Assembly: GCF_001194135.2 (NCBI RefSeq)
Contig: NC_068994.1
Coordinates: 54,313,805 to 54,377,804, forward strand
DNA: 64,000 bases
From: Octopus bimaculoides
Lineage: Eukaryota
Direction: 5' to 3'
A program made the position numbers and the translations under genes. The notes below the pieces were generated by a model, which did not search any database, was not told the origin of the DNA, and saw nothing but the letters and a program-made list of their open reading frames with translations. Below, piece after piece: positions 24,190-37,200 of this stretch; the stretch's first letter is position 1; the number at the start of each line of letters is the position of its first letter.

Positions 24190-25100
24190 TCCTTTCTGAT
24201 ATTATTACAAAGCCTGAAATTTGGGGGAGGGGATAATCGATTATATTGGGCCCAATACTTTATTGGTTCTTCAATTCATCTATCTCCCAAAAGCATAGAA
24301 GCGGATGGAAGGCAAAGTTGCTTTTGGTGGGATTCGGACCCCGAATGTAATATTAAATAATTAGAACAATGGTTTCAAAATCCGGCAAAAGGCCAGCAAT
24401 TTCGGGGGACCGGGCTAAGTCGATTACATCGACCCCAGTGATCAACTGGTACATATTTTATCGATCCCAAAAGATTGAAAAGTCTAACAGTAATGATAAT
24501 AATAATTTTTCCTACATAAGCATAAGACTAGTAATTTTGAAGGGGACTGATGATTTCAGGGGTTTAGTGATAGCATCGACCCAGTACTTAACTGGTACTT
24601 TATTTATTAGATCTCTCGAAAGGGCGTAAGGCTTAGGGTTAGGGTTACCCCTAAGTTGCTCCCGGTTGGATTGGAACCCCAAATGTAATAGTTGTAATTA
24701 TTTCTAATATAAGGCACAAAATTGCAGTTTTGAAGGGAGGAGTTTCAAGGGTCGGGGGTCAGTCGGTATCATCGATCCCAGTACTTGATTAAGACTATTT
24801 TATCGAAACCTTGAAAGGATGGAAGGAAGGCAAAGTTGCCCTCGGCAGAATTTGAACCCAGATTACAATGATTTCTTTATTGATCACAAAGAATTTACAT
24901 AAAAAAAACCCCAAAAACAAAACAAAACAAGGTAATAATAATAATTATAATTATAATAATTGTTTCTGACATAAGCACAGGGCTTGCAGTTTGGCGGCAA
25001 GGTAGTTAGGGGATGAAAAGCTAAGTTGAACTTCGGTGGGTTTTGAACACGGAACACAACGAAAGTGGGGCAAATATTTTTGGTAGGCATTTTGTTTTGT
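24190..25100 (-). mobile_element. Cluster of about 5 decayed family A SINE fragments in the same orientation
   Basis: Repeated variants of gatgaaaggcaaagttg / gtcgattacatcgaccccagt / aatttgaacccag. Confidence 0.7.
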
Positions 25101-25776
25101 GTCCAACACGAAGGGTTTCGTTAATTTTGAAAAATAGGATTTCATCAGAAATCTCTCTCTCTCTTCTTCTTCCTCCCCCTCGTGTCACGTCTACAATTAC
25201 ATACATAGACGCATACACACATACGTACATGCATACATACATATCTATATATAGAATTGATGTATAAACATATTAAAATACACCCATGTTAATTAAGAGC
25301 TCAATTAAATTATGAATTATATATAAAATTTATGCTTTCCATTTTTCATTCTAAATATATGTATCTGTGTGTGTGTGTGTGTGCGCGCGCGTCTGTCTGC
25401 TTGAATGTGTAAATGTATATATATATTTGTGAATTTCTCCACCTACGAAGTCGAGTGTTGTCCTGTGGTCGGTGGTGGGACTGAAGCTGGAAGTTGTTGC
25501 AGTTGATTTGTCTGTTCTCTACGGCGTCACTTTCTTTGCCATACTCACGTACACTCACACTTACATTTATAGGTTCTTCTCGCGCACACACACACACACG
25601 TACATGGCTCACTTGTAACTCAGAGAGATCCATACATAGATACATAGATATTGATTTATCTTAATATGTCGGTCCGTCTATCCCTCTTTTTCTTTATCTC
25701 ATAGTGTGCGTGTATATATATCTATATAAATGTAAATATCCGTATCTACATACGTATGTGTGTGTATATATGTAAA

Positions 25777-25829
<53 letters not shown>

Positions 25830-25834
25830 GTCTG

Positions 25835-25881
<47 letters not shown>

Positions 25882-26347
25882 GTCTCTTTTACTTGTCCCA
25901 GTTATTAGATTGCGGCGATGCTGGAGCACCGCCTAGAGTTGAAAAAATTAAATGAATTTAGAGAAATAATGAACTAAGTCAAGTGGCGTTGTACTAAATG
26001 CTGTTCCTAAGAAATTTGTAAATGTATTGAAATTTCAGTCTTAGATGGAGAAAGAAAACAAAGGCCTAACGATAGTTGTCAGCGACTCTTAAAATAAAAT
26101 TTTTAAAAATTCTTTTAAAGAAATTTCGAATTAATTCCATTCAATTACTTTTAAAGCTTAGAGGAAAATCCGTCTTTGTTGTTTACAGACAAACAAGGGG
26201 GGACAAATTACGGGCATGTTTCGGTCTTACTAGATTTTCTCAGCTGAGTCTGGTCTACTCTCAAACTTGCTTTGTTCAGCAGAGAGTAGTTTTTTTATAG
26301 AGGAAAAACAGGTTTCGAAGATAGTTGGCCCGTAGTAATTTGTATTG

Positions 26348-26410
<63 letters not shown>

Positions 26411-27472
26411 NNNNNNNNNNNNNNNNNNNNNNNNNNNNNNNNNNNNNNNNNNNNNNNNNNNNNNNNNNNNNNNNNNNNNNNNNNNNNNNNNNNNNNNNNN
26501 NNNNNNNNNNNNNNNNNNNNNNNNNNNNNNNNNNNNNNNNNNNNNNNNNNNNNNNNNNNNNNNNNNNNNNNNNNNNNNNNNNNNNNNNNNNNNNNNNNNN
26601 NNNNNNNNNNNNNNNNNNNNNNNNNNNNNNNNNNNNNNNNNNNNNNNNNNNNNNNNNNNNNNNNNNNNNNNNNNNNNNNNNNNNNNNNNNNNNNNNNNNN
26701 NNNNNNNNNNNNNNNNNNNNNNNNNNNNNNNNNNNNNNNNNNNNNNNNNNNNNNNNNNNNNNNNNNNNNNNNNNNNNNNNNNNNNNNNNNNNNNNNNNNN
26801 NNNNNNNNNNNNNNNNNNNNNNNNNNNNNNNNNNNNNNNNNNNNNNNNNNNNNNNNNNNNNNNNNNNNNNNNNNNNNNNNNNNNNNNNNNNNNNNNNNNN
26901 NNNNNNNNNNNNNNNNNNNNNNNNNNNNNNNNNNNNNNNNNNNNNNNNNNNNNNNNNNNNNNNNNNNNNNNNNNNNNNNNNNNNNNNNNNNNNNNNNNNN
27001 NNNNNNNNNNNNNNNNNNNNNNNNNNNNNNNNNNNNNNNNNNNNNNNNNNNNNNNNNNNNNNNNNNNNNNNNNNNNNNNNNNNNNNNNNNNNNNNNNNNN
27101 NNNNNNNNNNNNNNNNNNNNNNNNNNNNNNNNNNNNNNNNNNNNNNNNNNNNNNNNNNNNNNNNNNNNNNNNNNNNNNNNNNNNNNNNNNNNNNNNNNNN
27201 NNNNNNNNNNNNNNNNNNNNNNNNNNNNNNNNNNNNNNNNNNNNNNNNNNNNNNNNNNNNNNNNNNNNNNNNNNNNNNNNNNNNNNNNNNNNNNNNNNNN
27301 NNNNNNNTACTACCTCCTCCACCACCACCACCACCACCACCATCACCACCACCAACAACAACAGTCATCTTCTAAATAAACTGTTCACTGTAGATCTAGC
27401 TTAAATGTCTAGCGCTTGATAACTGTGGGACCTGTAGACCTTACATTAGGCATCGTATGATTAAAACAATTA

Positions 27473-27529
<57 letters not shown>

Positions 27530-27957
27530 TTGATAAGTAAAAAAAAAGAAAACGAAATTCCTCTCCCTCCCCGCAAACACTTAATTTTTCGCAGAAAAAT
27601 AAAATAGATAAAGAAACGGAAAAATAAAATTGTCACGACCAGAAAATGCTTCTTGATCACAGGTTTGCATGACCAGAAGTCGACCTGCAAGGTCTTCAGA
27701 ACAATGTTCGCGAGTAACCCCCCCCTCTCTCTCTCAGTTACACACGCACACACACACAACAAATACGTGCCGCCTTTTTACTACCGCTCTCTCTCTCTCT
27801 TTCTTCCTCTCTGTTTTAACTCTTCTTCACCTTCTCCGTATGTTTGTTCGTCTTGTAGGACCTGATAAATAGATACTTAATCACCTCTCATTTCAAATAA
27901 AAAGCTGGAGACCTTTAGGGCAACCTTCACTGGATTCCTTATCCCTCTTCCTCATCG

Positions 27958-28870
27958 TTGGCAAGCAAGCAGCATATTAGCTGCTTATATTCATTCCTTT
28001 TTCATTACCACAAGTTTATTTTCCCTCCTTCTCCTCCATCGTTTTCTTGTCTATTTGCTCTTCTTTTTTTTTTTTTATCACATTCGCCATCTCTCGGCAT
28101 CACTGGATCATCTTTCAATTGTTCGCTTGATTGGAAAACCTTAAATTTTCATTCTCGTTTCTTTCTTTCTTTCTCTTTTTTTAATCATCTCGCGCGCTCT
28201 TTCAATCCATCTTTAAATCTTTGTCTTCCCCTCTGTCTCTTTCTGCGCTTTCACTATTTCTCTCCCCCCTCTCTTTGTCATCTTCTCTTTCTCCTTCCCA
28301 TTTTGCCCCTTCGTTTTTCTTTTCTTCCTTCTTACCTGTTTCTCTTCACCTTCCTCGCGTCTTCCTCTCTCTATTTCTCTCATTTTCTCTGTCTCCCCCA
28401 TCGCCCTTTTTCTACCCTTTCGTGTTTTCCTCTCCCACTTCTCCCCCGTTTTTTCTCTTTTTCTTGTATTCCCCCTCTTTCTATCTTCCTAGTTTTTCAT
28501 GTTTTACTCTCTTTCTCATTGCGTTTTCTTTTCACCCCTTTATTTTCTTACTCTTGTTTTCCATTTGTCCCTTGCCTTTTCTCACTGTTATTCTCTCATT
28601 CTCTCTCTCTCCGATTTCCTTTTCTCCTTCATTCTATTTCTTATATATCTCCCCCCACTTTTTATTTCATTTAATTTCCCACCGGATCACCTTCCTCTGC
28701 CGTTTTCGCTCCTATCTTTTCTCCCCAGTTCCATTAAACTTTAACCCTTTTCACTACTCACGTTCTTTTCCCTTCTTTTCCATTTTCTGACGCTAGTCTT
28801 CACTCACACTCTGCTTGCTGAGAGTCACTCTCTACTCGAAACTACCTTTGCCCTTCACTCCTTTTCTCCT
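27958..28870 (+). repeat. About 900-bp pyrimidine-rich (C/T) low-complexity tract
   Basis: Direct reading; it generates spurious F/L/S-rich ORFs. Confidence 0.9.
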
Positions 28871-29344
28871 CTTCCACAATTTCTTCGGAACATTTAGTTA
28901 ACCTCAAACCTGCGGTCGACACTGAAATGGCCGTCATACGCAGAGTTAGACAACCGTCCTCAGCCGACGTGTTCAAGTCCTCTCGGCAACCTGGCGCGAT
29001 AACTTCTCTTGGAGGGTTGACTGGTTACATGCACGGAGGTGTATACGTGGGTGGCATTCTGTAGTCAGTGTAGAATCCAAATTGATTCAAAACCCATCAA
29101 AAATCATCTCGTTACTGCTGTAGATGAATGTTACAGAGCAGCCGATTGAAACATCTTAAAATAGTAGCGTTTAGTTTTTCGTCCCACGAGAAATAGCTAC
29201 CAGCCATTTTATCATGACAGTGGACAAAAGAAGAATTAATTCAACTGATTGTATATAGTCTGCTCCGAAAAAAAATTGTCGCCTGGAGTTTAATTCGAAA
29301 AAATCATCATCATTATCTTTGTCGTTATCATCCTCATTATTAAT

Positions 29345-29734
29345 CTGGGTAAAGCAGCGGGGTGGCAGAATCGTTAAGCGCATCAAAGAAAAATTCTAGC
29401 AGTATTACTTCCAGCTTCGTTACGTTCTCAGTTCGAATTCTGTCGGAGTCAACTTCGTCTCTCGTCCTTCCTAAAGTAACTGTCAAGTACTGGAGGTCGA
29501 TGTTATCGATTTGCACCCCCTTCCACTCCTCCCAAAAATGACTGACCTTGTGCCAAAATTAGAATCATTAATCCGGGTGGGATTGAAATAATAAGTACTA
29601 GTCAAGTACCGAATTCGATCTGATCGATTATATCTGACTTCTCCATCTCCCTGTTTCTAGATTGGTTTGTGTTTTCGTACCTCGGTTAAAAATGATTAGC
29701 TTTTACACATTAATGCTGTCTCCCCCCCCCCGCC

Positions 29735-29774
<40 letters not shown>

Positions 29775-29990
29775 CATGTATATACACACACACACACACA
29801 CGCGTATCTATCTCGCTCTCATAAGAAAGGTACTGAAATGGTAGAATTGTTAGAGCATCGGACAAAGTGTCATGAAATATTATTCTGTCTCCCAACATTC
29901 CGTGTTCAAATTCCACTGCGATCAACGTGTTCAGTTTTGCATTTCATTCTATCACAATCGATAAAATAAAGTACCAGTCAAGTAATAGAC
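29345..29990 (+). mobile_element. Decayed family A SINE copies (about 29345-29560 and 29820-29990)
   Basis: ggcagaatcgttaagcgc...gttctcagttcgaattctgtcggagtcaacttcg, and a second head and core ending gataaaataaagtaccagtcaag. Confidence 0.7.
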
Positions 29991-30624
29991 TTGATAGTAA
30001 CTAATTGTTATTGATATCTTCTCATATCTTTAGCCTTGCGTCTCTATATAAAATCGTTGTTGTTGATAAGAGTGTGATTAGAATAGAATCGACAGGATTT
30101 AGCGAAGAAGCAGCGATAGATAAGGGTAGATTAGAAGGGAAGCTAGTGCACGAATCAGAGGAGGCGATTAGAAAAGGTATCAAGACCGACGTGTAGACAC
30201 AGAGCGGGGTCTATCGACTATTTCTTCAATGCCATACACAAAAGTTTCCTTGTCATTTAAGGTGTGTGCTGTTAGACATGAGAGGAAAGAAGAGCCCTCA
30301 TTCGATTGGCCCAGGTAGTGGAGTCACGACGTAGGAATATAACCACAGTTTGTTCTCTTACCGATCGAGACGGGTCAGTCTGGTTGAAGAGTCGAAACAT
30401 GCCCAGTTGTGTAAGTCAAAACCGAAGCGCTTCTGGGGAAAAGACCCTCGATAATTTCCGATTAGTAAATTCTTGAACGCATAAAAGTTTTAGTGGGGCA
30501 ACAGAAACAATAGTTAAGGAAGTCCCCTAGACATTACTGTCCTGTGTCCTAGGAGTCATAGGACTGGCTACCCGGTTTCCATGGGGTGTTAGTGACTGAT
30601 GTAACAAAATTCTTCTGAACAGGA

Positions 30625-30765
30625 TGTCTGTTACCAGGTTATCCATTTACTGCTGGGTGGACTAGAGCAACGTAAATAGAAGAGAACAGCGCGCCTCTGG
30701 ATCCGGGAATCGAAACCACGATTTTGCAATCGTGAATACAACCTAACCACTAGACCACGCGCCGT
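30625..30765 (-). mobile_element. Family F tRNA-headed CORE-like SINE, 5' part
   Basis: Minus strand ggcgcgtggtctagtggttagg...gtggtttcgattcccggatcc...ttgctctagtccacccagcagtaaatgg. Confidence 0.65.
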
Positions 30766-30818
30766 CACAGAAACGATAGGGAGACCAGAGTAAATATTGC
30801 TTTGCAATACAATACTTG

Positions 30819-31310
30819 ATATCAGTGAAAGTCGTGCGAGTCTGTACAAACATGATAATATGATAACCATCAGCTTTGTTATTGTGGGTTGGGCAGTAGC
30901 GGTAGAGACAAGCAAGATGCCATCGTGTAATTCATTATGGCCTTGTGCATTCTTGGTTCAAATACCGCCAAGGTCAACTTCATCTTTCTGGTGTCGGTGA
31001 AAGAAAAGTAACAATTAAGTACTGGAGTCAATATGATGCACGGACCCTTTTCTCCTCACATTTGTGCTTTTGTGGCCGAAGATAAACAGTGTCCTTAGGG
31101 CGTCGGACATAAATACTCTGTGGTATTTGTTTCGACACCAGAAAGATGAAGTTGACCTTGGCGGTATTTGAACCAAGAATGCACAAGGCCATAACGAATT
31201 ACACGATGGCATCTTGCTTGTCTCTACCGCTACTGCCCAACCCACAATAACAAAGCTGATGGTTATCATATTATCATGTTTGTACAGACTCGCACGACTT
31301 TCACTGATAT
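30819..31310. repeat. 178-bp near-perfect inverted repeat (arms 30819-30996 and 31133-31310)
   Basis: The arms are reverse complements with one mismatch (30934 A / 31195 C). The spacer is 136 bp. Confidence 0.95.
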
Positions 31311-31543
31311 AAGGCGGCGAGCTGGCAGAAACGTTAGCACGCCGGGCGCAATGCTTCGCGGTATTTCGTCTGCCACTGCGTTCTGAGTTCAAATTCCGCC
31401 GAGGTTGACTTTGCCCTTCATCCTTTCGGGGTCGATAAATTAAGTACCAGTTACGCACTGGGGTCGATATAATCGACTTAATCCGTTTGTCTGTCCTTGT
31501 TTGTCCCCTCTGTGTGTAGCCCCTTGTGGGCAGTAAAGAAATA
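31311..31543 (+). mobile_element. Full-length, young-looking family A SINE
   Basis: aaggcggcgagctggcagaaacgttagcacgccgggc...ttctgagttcaaattccgccgaggttgactttgcccttcatcctttcggggtcgataaattaagtaccag...gtaaagaaata. CpGs are retained, and it is followed by TSD ggtatttgtttcg. Confidence 0.9.
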
Positions 31544-32846
31544 GGTATTTGTTTCGGCTGTTTACGTTCTGGGTTGAAATCCAACTGAGATCAAATTTAC
31601 TTTCATTCTTCGGGGGCTGGGGGTCGATAAAATAATGTTCCAGTCAAGTACTAGGATGTCATTTTAATCGACTGAGCCTGTCACCCAAATCTGTGACCTT
31701 GTTCATTAATAGAATCGTTAAAACGCTGTAGAAAGTAGAAAATGCCATGGACTTCCGGCTCTCTACGTTCCGAGTTCAAATCCCGCCAAGGTCAACTTCG
31801 TCTTTTATACTTTCGAGGTCGGGAAAATTAAGTATCAACGAAGTATTGGAAACGATGAATGTTATCGATTAATTTCCACACTCCAAATGTCACGTTCCTC
31901 TTCCTACCCTCCAAAACAACCCACTGAAATTCCTATACTCAGTGTTTTGACGAAGGCCGCGAGACAAAAAAAAGAAAGAAAGAAGAAATTAGTATTTATA
32001 TACCAAAGTAATCTGAGGCATTCGCACTATTTCTAAATTTCATGTGGCACAGTCCAACCCAAACAACAAAAACGAGCGGCTGGAATCTTTTATGGCACAC
32101 GGTGAAGGAAAGAACTATGCCAGATATTGGTTATTAACCGAGTCGTGTTCTTCAGCTGAGCGAGCCTCGTATTCCGTGTCTTATCCACTTAGCTGTAATG
32201 ATTGCCCCCAACCCGCCAGTTTTTAAATTAGATTTCTTACTCTTTACACGACTTCACATTTAGTGAATGGACGAGCTGTGGTGGTGGGTGCTGATGAGGT
32301 GGAGGATAGCAGTGGAGGGTGATGATGGTAGATAATGGTTGTGGTTATGGAGTGGACGGAAGGAGAACACGAGATATAGTGGTAATAATCTGTCTCCCAT
32401 TTCTTTTTGTTGTTGTTGCTAAGGTGTCATATAAACGGTAGTATGATTCAAAGCCGGCTGCTAGGTGCTGGCAGTGATGGATTTAGAAGATAAGCTAAGC
32501 AACTTCCAGTTTAAAGACTCAATCCACAGGGACGTCACAATCATGTAAAAGGCGTAATGTTTTCAATTTTCGTGAGATCTTCTGGTGCTGTTTTTTAACA
32601 CGGAACCTGCGAACTTTTTATATATGTAGTTTTACCATCTCTACTTACGGCGTCGAAGGGGGATGTTGTTAGTCTACAGCGTCCGCCAATTTTAATTAAC
32701 AACCTTTACTCTGAACGATCCAATGAGATGGCTTCTATGAAGACGTTTGACTGACTAGAAATAGCAGCAAACTTGCCTTCAAATTACACCTTACTGCTTT
32801 AAAATAATTGACACATTGCTAAAAAAAATAAACCGAGGGAGATGTC

Positions 32847-33016
32847 CAGCGACGTCTTAAGGCACAGACACACGGGGAAATTGTTCAGGGGTCTCTTGGG
32901 TCGAGGGGTCCTAATTCGGATCTATGTATGTTGTGGATTGCTGTCAGTTAAGAACAATAAGGCCCATTGTCTTAATTTTTGCCTCGAGGACTTATAATGG
33001 TGCTAAGACAGCCCTG
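32847..33016. mobile_element. hAT-type MITE with an 8-bp TSD, inserted in a family D repeat
   Basis: Ends cagcgacgtcttaa... and ...ctaagacagccctg. Flanks are gagatgtc (32839-32846) and gggatgtc (33017-33024), a 7/8 match. Confidence 0.6.
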
Positions 33017-33139
33017 GGGATGTCATGATTGTAAAGACTTTGATTGCAGGTCTGCTCGTTCAAGGACGGCTTGGGGCTAAACAACAACGGCATCATCATC
33101 ATCGTCATCGTCAACGACGAAGCCTCTATGTGGTCGTTT

Positions 33140-33209
33140 AACCTACTAGAAATAGTAGCCAAATTTCATTTCAAACCACACACAACTATCATAAAATAAA
33201 GGCAGGGTG

Positions 33210-33240
<31 letters not shown>

Positions 33241-33307
33241 CACACGCACTTACACACACACATTTGATAATGTAGTCCTTGATACACTGCGGAAAAAGAA
33301 AATGTCT

Positions 33308-33345
<38 letters not shown>

Positions 33346-33590
33346 AACCAGAAAAAACAAATGCAGGATGATCACCTCTGGAATGGCTTCTAAAATAGGT
33401 CTGCTTGACCCGTGCTAGACAACTCTTATTATCACCAATAATGAAATGGTGGTGGGGGTGACACATATCCGATAATGCAATCCTTTGTACAGTCTGCACT
33501 CCACCAAAAAATAAATAAATAAAATAAAAGAAACCAATGGTCACGGTTGGAATGGCTTTGATCATAGGTCTGCTTGACCAATGCTTGACA
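33140..33590 (+). mobile_element. Family D repeat (tagaaatagcagcc...ggtcacggctggaatg...tttgatcataggtctgct)
   Basis: The same motifs recur near 32750, 36060, 40065 and 48780, and inverted near 42660, 49430, 49810, 50270 and 56290. Confidence 0.65.
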
Positions 33591-33948
33591 ACCACCACCA
33601 CCACCACCACCATCGCCACAATCAACTGTATATCTTAATTATTTTTAGTATACTTCTGTCATTGTCCTGCACCATTTTTATTTGCATAGCAACCTACTAC
33701 CATCGCAAATATTCATCTAACGTAATACTATACACCCGTCCTCTCTCTACACGCTCGTTAGGTCCTCCTTTTCTTTCTCTTTGTTAATTTTGCTTGGTTT
33801 CAAATGCGATAATTGAAAACTGTCAACGAAGTACACACACACACACACACACACACGAACGCTCATATATATACATGTATGCGTATATAGATACGTATGT
33901 GCGTTTGTATGTCTATGTATGTATGTAAATAGAAACCAGTGAAAGAAT

Positions 33949-33986
<38 letters not shown>

Positions 33987-34172
33987 CAATTTAGAAGCGT
34001 TTACCATTTACCATTAATTACACTGATTTGAAGAGTGGAACTACTGATTTTTTTTTCTGCTTCTCCACTTTTTGTGATGTATGCGTACGTTGTAATTATA
34101 CCACACATACACACACATATAGAAAGAAAGATAGCGAGAGAGGAAGAGAGAAAGAAAGAGAGAAAGAAAGAG

Positions 34173-34209
<37 letters not shown>

Positions 34210-34210
34210 C

Positions 34211-34241
<31 letters not shown>

Positions 34242-37200
34242 CCAAGGGCTTCAGAGCACCCGAGCACCCGGAAGCAAATATCTATGACGTCCCCCAATTT
34301 TAATTAACAAGGCATTAGTGAAAGGCCCTTAGAGAATTTCTTTCCCCGTTAAGTCTGTGCCCAACGGTTGAATTCCTTCCTCGCCCCGTTCTCGCTACGC
34401 TGCTGATGTATATATATGTATATATATAACTGTTNNNNNNNNNNNNNNNNNNNNNNNNNNNNNNNNNNNNNNNNNNNNNNNNNNNNNNNNNNNNNNNNNN
34501 NNNNNNNNNNNNNNNNNNNNNNNNNNNNNNNNNNNNNNNNNNNNNNNNNNNNNNNNNNNNNNNNNNNNNNNNNNNNNNNNNNNNNNNNNNNNNNNNNNNN
34601 NNNNNNNNNNNNNNNNNNATATATATATATATAACAGTTTTTATTTTATTGTTATTTTCATTTCCCGTTATTAAAATACAAAACTAACAAAGTGTTCTTC
34701 CTTATCAGATTCGAAGCTACATTACCGCCACTGTCCTAACCCGAACTCTTTCTCTATAATTGTTTTTCTTGTATTTTCTTTTCTTTTCGTCGTCTTCCTT
34801 CGTTTGTGGGTGGGTTTTCTTTCGTCTCGTCTTGTAGCAACATCTTATAATACTTATCACCACAACCATCTCTTCCTCCCCGCCGCCGCCGCCGCCGCCT
34901 ACTAAATTCTAGTAGCTTTCTTTGCCATTGTTGTCGTCTTCGTCATTCATTTACCCATTCACGTCTAGGATGCATTATACAAGAATGTGCATTTTAAGAA
35001 TTTTCTAAACTTCGGGAGAGCATGAAATAATTCCATGTTCTTTTTTTTTTCTTTTGGAATAGCAAGACTGGAAGCAGATAAACACTATAAACAAAAGCGT
35101 GTAAATATGATCAAAAAAAGTTTTGGATAGAAAAAATCGAAGGTTGCCCTTGGGACACGAAACTTCCTACCCACCCATGTATATATATAAAGAGAGAGAA
35201 AGAGAAAGGAAAGATTAGTTTTAGGATTCATTAGAATCTAGGTTCATCAACACGGGACTCCAGAAATGGCTAAGTACCATAATATAGGGTTAACAATGGG
35301 GTAAAATAACCATGAAAGTATAATTTGGATATTGTAGATATATAAGTACCAAATCAAATTTAAACCGTAGATCCGACTCACGGCTGGTTCTAGGTGCGGC
35401 GTGTGTTCTTATATATATATACATATATATAAAATGGAATCGACTCTACTGCTTGACTGGTTTTTTTATATTATCTATATCCTGAGACTGAAGTCGACCT
35501 CGGCTGGATTTGAACTCAGTTGCTGCTACTACTCTTGCTGCTTGTGGTGAGCGAATGTCTATGCAGAACATTTTACAATACAATCACTTCCCTCATAAAT
35601 TCGCGTAGTATAACCTAGGACCACGTCTCTGGATATACCCCCTTGTATGAATTAATTTACCGTTAACCCTAGGATGCAATTGGGCGGCAAACCTGGTTGC
35701 TATTCCTTCTGTTTATTGAATTAGTAACGTTGTTCTGAGGGCGATATCGCTGCGACTTCTAACAGGTCGATCAACTGCATACGGGTTCCGTCATTCGTTC
35801 GACTTGGATTTGAGTCTGTTTAACCCATGGAAAGCAATTTTACGAATGAGAAAAATATTTGGCAATGTTGGAATTCTCTCTCCTTCTTTACCCAATGTGG
35901 TTTTCATCTCTTTTCTTTCTTTCTTTTGTCTCCCCCCCTCTCTCTCTTCGTAGGGTCAACATTTTAAATTGATGGTGGACGAGAGGACTCAGACGTTGGC
36001 TGACTTCCACACGGAAACACAAACGTTAGGGGGGGGGGGCTTCGTGTGGTTGTTTGACCTCCTAGAAATAGCAGCCCAAGCTACCTAAAACCACACTGCT
36101 GTCTTTAGAACGGAGAAACAAGGATAACACAATTATGTGTGTGTGCTTGTGTGTATGGTCTAAATAAAAGATGAAGTGGTCACGCCTGGAATGTCGTCCT
36201 GGGATTAAAGAAACAGTACAAACGGCTTATACACACATAACATATATGTCTATGTGTCTATGTAAATGTATACATGATATATGTATACGTAATATAATAC
36301 ACACACACACACACACACACATGCACTTCCAAAATATTGCTATCGCCATTTCTTGCTCAACTTAATCTCCTGGAATTATTATAATTATATGCACGTTTAT
36401 CAATCAAATCACGGAAGGAACAACGGTCGCGCGCGTTAATACGTATGTGTGAGTCTGCATGTGCGCGTGCGTGCATCTGTTATGTTATATAGGTATGTGT
36501 GTATATGTGTGTGTATATGTGATGAGGAAACTGTTTGGTGCTTATTGCTGTGCTGGTGATGTTTATATGTGAGTATGGTTCGTAGTGGTGGTAGTGGTGG
36601 TGTTTATGTGGAAATTGTAGTAGTTTTGGCTTGTTGATATGTACGGGTAAAGAGGCTATTACTGGTACAAATGTAGCACCAGGACGACTACGATGAAGCA
36701 TGGCGTTCCAACCATGACCGTCTTAAGGATTACCTTCGTCTTGAGTTGTTTTTTCTTTTTCAAGGGCGCAGTTTGAGGGATATTAGGGTGCTATTTCTAG
36801 CAAGTCAGGTGTGTGTGTGCGTGTGTGTGCGCGCGCGTATGTATGTATGTGTATGTGTGTGTGTGTGTATGTGTGTGTGTATTATGCTGTATAGTAGGGT
36901 TTGGTGGTGGTGTCTGGGACATTGTCAGATCGAGTAAACCTATGATCAAATCAGAAACGTTCCACCCGCGACCATCCCGTCCATTTGATATATATGACGT
37001 ATCAAAACAAAAAAAAAATAATAAAACCTCCACATCAGCCAATATTTTCCTTTACCCTGATGTTCAGAAATGTAGATTTGAGGGAGATTTTGACTGTTAT
37101 TTCTTGCAAACGGAGTGACCACATAGGCGCTCCCTCGTTGGTTGGTTTATGTGTCAGGGTGTGTGGGTGGCGATGGCGGTGTGGAAGCTCTTATGTGCAA

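Noticed and set aside
25420-25560. Unique GC-richer patch, a possible minus-strand exon (…RQINCNNFQLQSHHRPQDNTRL|GTAGGT)
   Set aside because: It has no acceptable acceptor and no recognisable peptide.
27958-28790. 238-aa and 189-aa hydrophobic ORFs resembling membrane proteins
   Set aside because: The F/L/S bias follows from the purine-free strand, which lacks stop codons.
28920-29070. 45-codon ORF MAVIRRVRQPSSADVFKSS…
   Set aside because: It is short, with no recognisable domain and no convincing splice signals.
35362-35376. aaaccgtagatccga resembling miR-100
   Set aside because: It is one C short in the seed, the 3' half diverges, and there is no convincing star arm.
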